Shown piece by piece: positions 57,665 to 64,000 of a stretch of 64,000 nt of DNA. Source of the stretch: Azolla caroliniana (taxonomy: Eukaryota; Plantae; Polypodiophyta); contig JBHGNT010000008.1 of the NCBI GenBank assembly GCA_043228905.1, positions 11,408,001-11,472,000 of the forward strand. Direction: 5' to 3'. The position numbers were made by a program, and so were the translations under genes. Below the pieces are notes generated by a model that worked only from the letters and a program-made list of their open reading frames with translations, made no database searches and was not told where the DNA came from. The first letter of the stretch is position 1. Each line of letters opens with the position of its first letter.

Positions 57665-60600
57665 TTACCGGATCCAGTGATACCTTAGCTGGATATGCTT
57701 CGTCCGGGAATGGTAGGCCGCATTCTTAGCAAGGTGGATGGCACTTTGACTGTCGCAATAGAGCTGGTATTCCTCTTGCTGGATATCGAGCTCTCCGATG
57801 AATTCCTTCATCCATAATATTTCCTTGCCAGCTTCCACAGCCGCCATGTACTCCGCCTCCGTGGTTGACAATGCAACCGTCTTTTGTAGCCTCGACTGCC
57901 ACGATACAGCTCCCCCTGCATATGTCATTACGTACCCGAATGTAGACCGGCTGGTATCCACATCAGCCGACATATCCGAATCGGTGAAACCGTCAAGTTG
58001 AGGTTTTCCGGAGCCGAATCGGAGACACATATTCAAAGTTCCCTTCAAGTATCGGAGTATCAATTTGACCGCGTTCCAGTGCTCCTTGCCGGGATTGCTC
58101 ATGAACCGGCTCACCACTCCAACTGCGTATCCTATATCCGGTCGGGTACACACCATTGCGTACATTAAGCTCCCGACGGCAGAGGCATATGGAATCTTCA
58201 TCATATCCGCCTTCTCTGCTTTCGTCTTCGGGCTTTGCTTACCGGATAACCTGCAGTTTTCCGGAAGTGTCGATCCGACCAGTTTCGCATCTGACATGTT
58301 GAACTGGTGAAGCACCTTTGTCACGTACATCTCCTATGACAGCCACAATTGCTTCGTTGACCGGTTCCGGATAATACGCATCCCCAACATCTGTCTTGCC
58401 GGACCCAAGTCTTTCATTGAGAAGGTCTGGTTGAGAGCCTTCTTCAGCATCCGTATTTTGGCTTGGACCCGTCCGACAATCAACATATTGTCCACGTACA
58501 GAAGGAGAATCAGGAAGTCGCCTCCTTCGAACTTCTTCACAAACACGCAGTGATCGGCCTGCGTCTTGTGGTACCCTTGATCGGTCATGAAGGAGTCAAA
58601 CTTCCGGTACCATTGCCGGGGAACCTGCTTCAATCCGTACAGGCTCTTCTTCAACCGGCATACCAGGTGCTCCTTCCCTTTCTCCACGAATCCTTCCGGT
58701 TGCTGAATATAGATCTCCTCTTCGAGGTCGCCGTGAAGGAATGTCGTCTTCACGTCCAGTTGCTCTACCTCGAGGTTCATGCTTGCCGCTATACTTAGCA
58801 CCATCCGGATGGAGGTCATCTTTACTACCGGGGCAAATATCTCGTCGAAGTCCACGCCCTTCTTCTGCTGGAACCCCTTCACCACGATCTTGGCTTTGTA
58901 TCTCGGGGGGCTGCTGGTATCTCCCAGTTTCAACTTGTACACCCACTTGTTTCGGAGTGCCCGCTTTCCTTTCGGCAACCCCACCAATTCGTATCTCTGG
59001 TTTTCATGCAGGGAATCCATCTCATCCTGCATGGCACTTAACCATTTGCGGTTGTGGGTGTCATCCTTCACTTCTTCGAAGCTTTCTGGCTCCCCCTAAT
59101 CGGTTAGCAGCACATGCTCTGCATCCGAAAATCTTCGGGGGGGCCTTCTCTCTCTGAGAGAATATCTCCGTCTTTGGGCTTCGGTAACCGGCTTCTCCAT
59201 TTGCTCTTCATCCGAATCCCATTCGGGGTCGTGGCCGGTTCCGGTTTCGGCTTCCTCTACTTCTTCTTCTGCCGGTTTTGTATCCTCACCGTAACCGGCT
59301 GGTTCCTCGAGTGCTAACCGGTCTCTTGCCGGTTGGGTCTGTTCATCGTAGAATCGATCCTTACCGGTCGACTCAGAGTTCATTATCTTCTTCTCCGACT
59401 CCCAATCGGCGAGCGTCTTCTCCACCATGAAGATAATATCTCGACTCCGAAATACCTTCTTGTCGACCAGGTCCCACACTCGGTAGCCGAACTCATCGTC
59501 GCCGTAACCGAGGAATATGCATGGTCGGCTCTTTGGATCTAACTTTCCTCTCTGGTCCTTAGCTACATGCACGTACGCAAGACACCCGAACACCTTCAGA
59601 TGCCGGTAGGACACTTCCTTACCGGTCCATACTCTCTGTGGCGTGTCTCCGTCCAAGGGTACTGAGGGTGATCTGTTTATCACATATGTCGCCGTCGACA
59701 GTGCCTCAGCCCAAAACTTCTTGGGTAGTCTTGCATGCGATAGCATACTCTGGACCCTCTCCATTATGGTTCGGTTCATCCTCTCAGCCAGCCTGTTTAG
59801 TTCCGGCGTCTTCGGCACGGTGAATTCGAGCGGGATTCCCTTCGAGCGACTGTACTCCTCGAACTGCCCCCGGTATTCACCTCCGTTGTCTGCTCGAACC
59901 GCCTTCAGCTTCCGGCCGGTTTCTCTTTCCACTCTCGTGTGGAGCTCTTTGAAGACGGATAACACCTGATCCTTCGTCTTCAACGGTGTGGCCCACAACT
60001 TCCGGCTGTGGTCATCTATGAACATCACGAAGTACTGCGATCCTGCATGTGACTTCGTGTCCACTTGACACACATCAGTATGCACCAACTCCAGTGGTGC
60101 ATTACGTCTCATCGGTGGCCTTGGTCGGAAGGAGGTCCGGTTTTGCTTACCGGCCAGACAATCGGTGCACTTCTCCAAGTGCACGTTCTTCACTGGAATG
60201 AGGTTGTCTTTTGCAAGCCTCTTCATCCCATTCTCGCTCATGTGACATAGCCTCTTGTGCCACAACTCACCGGCAGTGTCGGATGCCACGTTCACTTCCT
60301 CCGGAAATAACCGGGCATTCATCAGGTACAGAGTGTTGACCTTCCGGGCCCGAGCCACAATCAGGCTCCCCTTGCTGAACTTCATAACACCGTTCCGGAT
60401 GCTACCCGTGTAGCCTTCATCATCTAGCCGACCGACTGATATCAGGATCAGACGAACCTCCGAAACGTGTCGGACATCCTTCAGCAGCAGCTTGCATCCG
60501 GTTGGTGTTGTCAGCCACACGTCTCCTATGCCGACAATTCGGCATGTTCCTTCATTCCCCATCCGGACACAGCCGTGATCACCGGGTAAGTAGGATGAGA

Positions 60601-61567
60601 AGCATTTCCAGTCCGGGGTAAGGTGGAACGATGCTCCGGAGTCGACCACCCAGGTCATCTCGTCGCCGACAAGGTTTATCTCACTCTCCTCGGTGATGAG
60701 CATCAACTCTTCTTCACTTGCCGCGATTGCCGTCGTTGCCTTCCGGTCCGTTCCCCTCCGGTCTTTACCGTTCCGGTCCGGTGTCCGCTTCGAATCGGTA
60801 CCGTCGGTTTCCTTGTCCTTTTGGAAATGCCGACAATTCTTCTGGAAGTGTCCCGGCTTGCCGCAATAGAAGCAAGTAGGCCTCCCCCTTGACTTTGACC
60901 GTGTCCCCAACTTTTCCCAGTTCTGGGGACTACGGTTTCTATGTCTTCCGCATTCCGATTCGGTAAGGAGCGCTTTGGAGTCGGAGCTCGTATCCTTATC
61001 TTTCTGACGTGCCTCCTCATCTAGCAAGCTCGACTTTACTCTTGCTAGGGATAACCGTTTTCCTTCCGGCCCGGCGTTGCCCAAGGTGACAACCAACGTC
61101 TCCTAGCTATCTAGGAGGGAACCGAGCAGGAGTAGTGCCAGTACCTCGTCGGCGAGAGGTACTTCCAATGATGTTGCCTGGTGGATCAGCCCCTGGAAGG
61201 CATTCATGTGCTCCGCCATGCTGGAGCCATCTTGGTACCGGAGTCTTACTAGCTTCCGGAATACCGAAACCTGATTAACAACATTTTTGTTTTGAAACAT
61301 AATGTCGATCTTCTCCCAGAGCTCATGAGCCTTGCTCTCTTCATTGAAGTTGTTGTATAGGCTCATGTCGATGAAGCACCGTATGTAAGCCGTTGTCTTC
61401 ATGTGCATCACCTCCCATATCGTGGCGTCGATTTTGTCTGGTCTCTTGTCCCCAAACTGAACCGGCAACCAAAGATCTTTAACCACGAGCATGTCCCTCA
61501 TCTTCGACTTCCATACCGAATAGTTTGAGCCGGTGAGCTTGAACATGCCTCCCAACGAATCGTCCAT
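57665..61567 (-). pseudogene. gag-pol of H, one frame broken only by point-mutation stops
   Basis: ORFs 61103-61567, 59096-61096, 58334-59071 and 57665-58330 share one frame. CFYCGKPGHFQKNC, WVVDSGASFH, LLYVDN, RTKHI. Confidence 0.92.
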
Positions 61568-62054
61568 TTTCTGTGTCGTTTCGCTCTGATACCACTTGAC
61601 AGGAACTCACGTTCCTTATGCGCAACGCTCAGCCACAACCGAGCTTAGAATCATACACAGAAAAACGGTGAAAGAATGCACGACACGAAGAAGAGAAAAG
61701 TACGCAGGATGTTTACGTGGAAAACCCAAACTAAGGAAAAAACCACGGCAACCCACAGGCTGCAAACTATCACTATGTTAGAATGTACAACAGTGAGTTC
61801 ACGGAGACAACGACCTCATTCTCACAATCTTCGCCACTGGCGGCGGTTACAATAGAGGCAACGACCTCTTTCTCTCTCTCACTCTCTGTACACACTTACG
61901 CGCTCTCTCTATCCTTGCACCAACAAGAATGACAACCAACAAACAAAAGTTTGCCCTAAGTCATATTTATACTAATATGACTTTTCGGCTATTTACAAAT
62001 ATAGCCACGATGGACTCTCAGAGACATATTTACGAATATGTCTCTTCATCCGGT

Positions 62055-62360
62055 GAGCACTCCTCACCGGGTCTTCACCATCCGGCTCTCCGTAGCCGGG
62101 TACTCCTCATCCAGCTCTCCGTAGCCGGGTACACCTCATCCGGTTCTCGCCGGGTCTATACCATCCGGCTCTCCATAGCCACGTACTCCTCATCCGGTTC
62201 TCACCGGGTCTGCACCATCCGGCTCTTCGTAGCCGGGTGCTCCTCATCCGGTTCTCACCGGGTCTGCACCATCCAGCTCTCCGTAGCCGGGTACTCCTCA
62301 TCCGGTTCTCACCGGGTCTGCACCATCCGGCTCTCCGTAGCCGGGTGCTCCTCATCCGGT
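62055..62360. repeat. 54-bp tandem repeat in the U3 of copia E/H LTRs
   Basis: Unit CCGGTTCTCACCGGGTCTGCACCATCCGGCTCTCCGTAGCCGGGTACTCCTCAT. About 5-6 copies here versus about 2 in the sister LTR. Confidence 0.9.
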
Positions 62361-64000
62361 TTGCTCATCAGCACTGTTCTTCTTCCTTCCCATCCGGAGG
62401 GACCTGTCTCCCAACACTTTCTTGTTTTTTTTCTATTCCTTCTTCTCCCATCTAATCATGTATATGGTCAATATGAATTTTTTTTCATTGATTCAATGAT
62501 GTTGTAGTGGTACTTAATTGGTTGTATAAAACGTTTACATATGTGTATGAGGTCAATACCTCATTTGACATATATTTAATATGTGATTAGTGTCGTATGC
62601 GTACAAGGTTAATAATTGAATTGCGTATTACAACATACATATGTTACATTTGGGTATGAGGTCAATACCTCGATTTCTATGTAAATGATATGTGTTTGGT
62701 GTTGTATGCGTAAGAGGTCAATACCTCAATTGCGTATTACGATTAACCTTTATTTTTAGATGGTTCGTGTGCGTAGAGGGTATATGCCTTGCTTATGTAT
62801 CTCGATTACATCATTTTTGGCTATTTTATATTACGATGTCTTTTATATATGCATATGTGGTCACATGTATACGTATTTGATCGTATATATGTGATAATAT
62901 ACATATGTGTAAATAAGTTATTACGTGATTTCAATATCGAATGTTTTCCTTTTCGGGGAAAGGATCTTGGTGGCCGTCCTCACATTTTTGTGAAAATGGC
63001 GTTGTCACCATCCCTTTTTCAACAAATTTTTATTATTGACATCCCCATTGGTGACTTCGATTTCGTTACGTAATGAAACAATCTTAGCCACAATGGTGTT
63101 GAGAATGTAGGGCTTGACCCACTTGATGTGATGGGCCACCATGAGCACATGGATACGATGCCACCATGAGCTCATTCTTACGAAAGGCATTCGTAATGAC
63201 GTAACCATGTGATGGGCCACGTGGGCCTACTACGAAAAGAGGGCTCATTTGGCTTGACCATTAGGTTGCACTTTGGCATATGCCATCGTAATTACGAGAC
63301 TTGAGGTTAGGTAACGTACCAACAAAGCTTGGGGTAAACGAGGGGGAAATAAGGACTCTTGACATATATGTTTCTTTTAAAAAAAGATATATGGGCAAAT
63401 GCCTCGCATATCTCTTATACGCATTAAATATTAAACATTCAAGAGCAACCTACTTGGTTGGTTGAAGTGTTTAATGCATTTGTTCTCGAGGCCTCGAGTT
63501 CAAATATGACAAAACTATACAACATCGTTGATACATATGACTATAACACATGTTTAGACTTGAGGTCTAAGTGCACTTTGGGGTCCTTGTAATAGGACTT
63601 CAAGAGCTAAAACCACATATGTGGGCACCGAAACATATTTTATTGTTAACATTTTTTTCTTGTATAAACTATTCATGACATGAACATACATGGTTGAGCT
63701 TCGGGGAGCTGCCATGAAAAATATCGATATAGAGATCAGGGAAAGACATTAATTTGTCACCCCCATGGTTTTTGAAACACCTTTGTGTTACCATAGTAAC
63801 CTGATTTTCAACCTCATCTCATATGTCTAGAGGGGTATTGACGTAAGATCATGATATCAATTAATGTTTGCCCATGATATGTTTACATCACGACATGATG
63901 TTATGACTATTTGTCTGCTGTTATCCTATTTCTTTGCCATAAATAATCATTCAATGGATCAAAATAATGACCCGATGTCATCCGCTCAACCGGAAGGAAC

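Larger units (their letters stand above)
56882..62416 (-). mobile_element. Full-length Ty1/copia element H (Tnt1/Tork-like), TSD CTTTC
   Basis: LTRs 56882-57510 and 61597-62416. iMet PBS 61582-61594. PPT 57511-57522. TSD at 56877-56881 and 62417-62421. Confidence 0.95.

Noticed and set aside
63445-63510. tRNA/SINE-like A and B boxes
   Set aside because: Weak matches, with no cloverleaf, tail or TSD seen.

Overview
Eukaryotic, gene-free, repeat-dense window, most likely from a plant (the element types suggest a bryophyte such as a moss; this is inference). About 85% is a nested stack of LTR retrotransposons that can be unpicked by their LTRs and 5-bp TSDs. Chromovirus A is interrupted by copia B. 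B carries a deleted gypsy C, and its 5' LTR carries a 19-kb non-coding chromovirus-derived mosaic D, which holds copia E and an LTR-less copia F. Further right are solo LTRs, a full-length gypsy G with an extra 3' ORF, a second chromovirus J, a ~10-kb inversion and a near-intact copia H. The standout is 761-4199: an apparently intact endonuclease-less Penelope-like RT element. It has (i) an antisense, internally deleted 5S rRNA/Pol III cassette at its left end, (ii) a type I hammerhead ribozyme behind a TATA box at its right end, (iii) an in-phase A_AAA_AAC -1 frameshift signal plus hairpin joining ORF1 to RT, (iv) the same 11-nt motif plus tetraloop hairpin exactly 21 nt from each end on opposite strands, and (v) a 278-bp flanking duplication inside a palindromic satellite. 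All coordinates were read by eye and may be off by a few bases.
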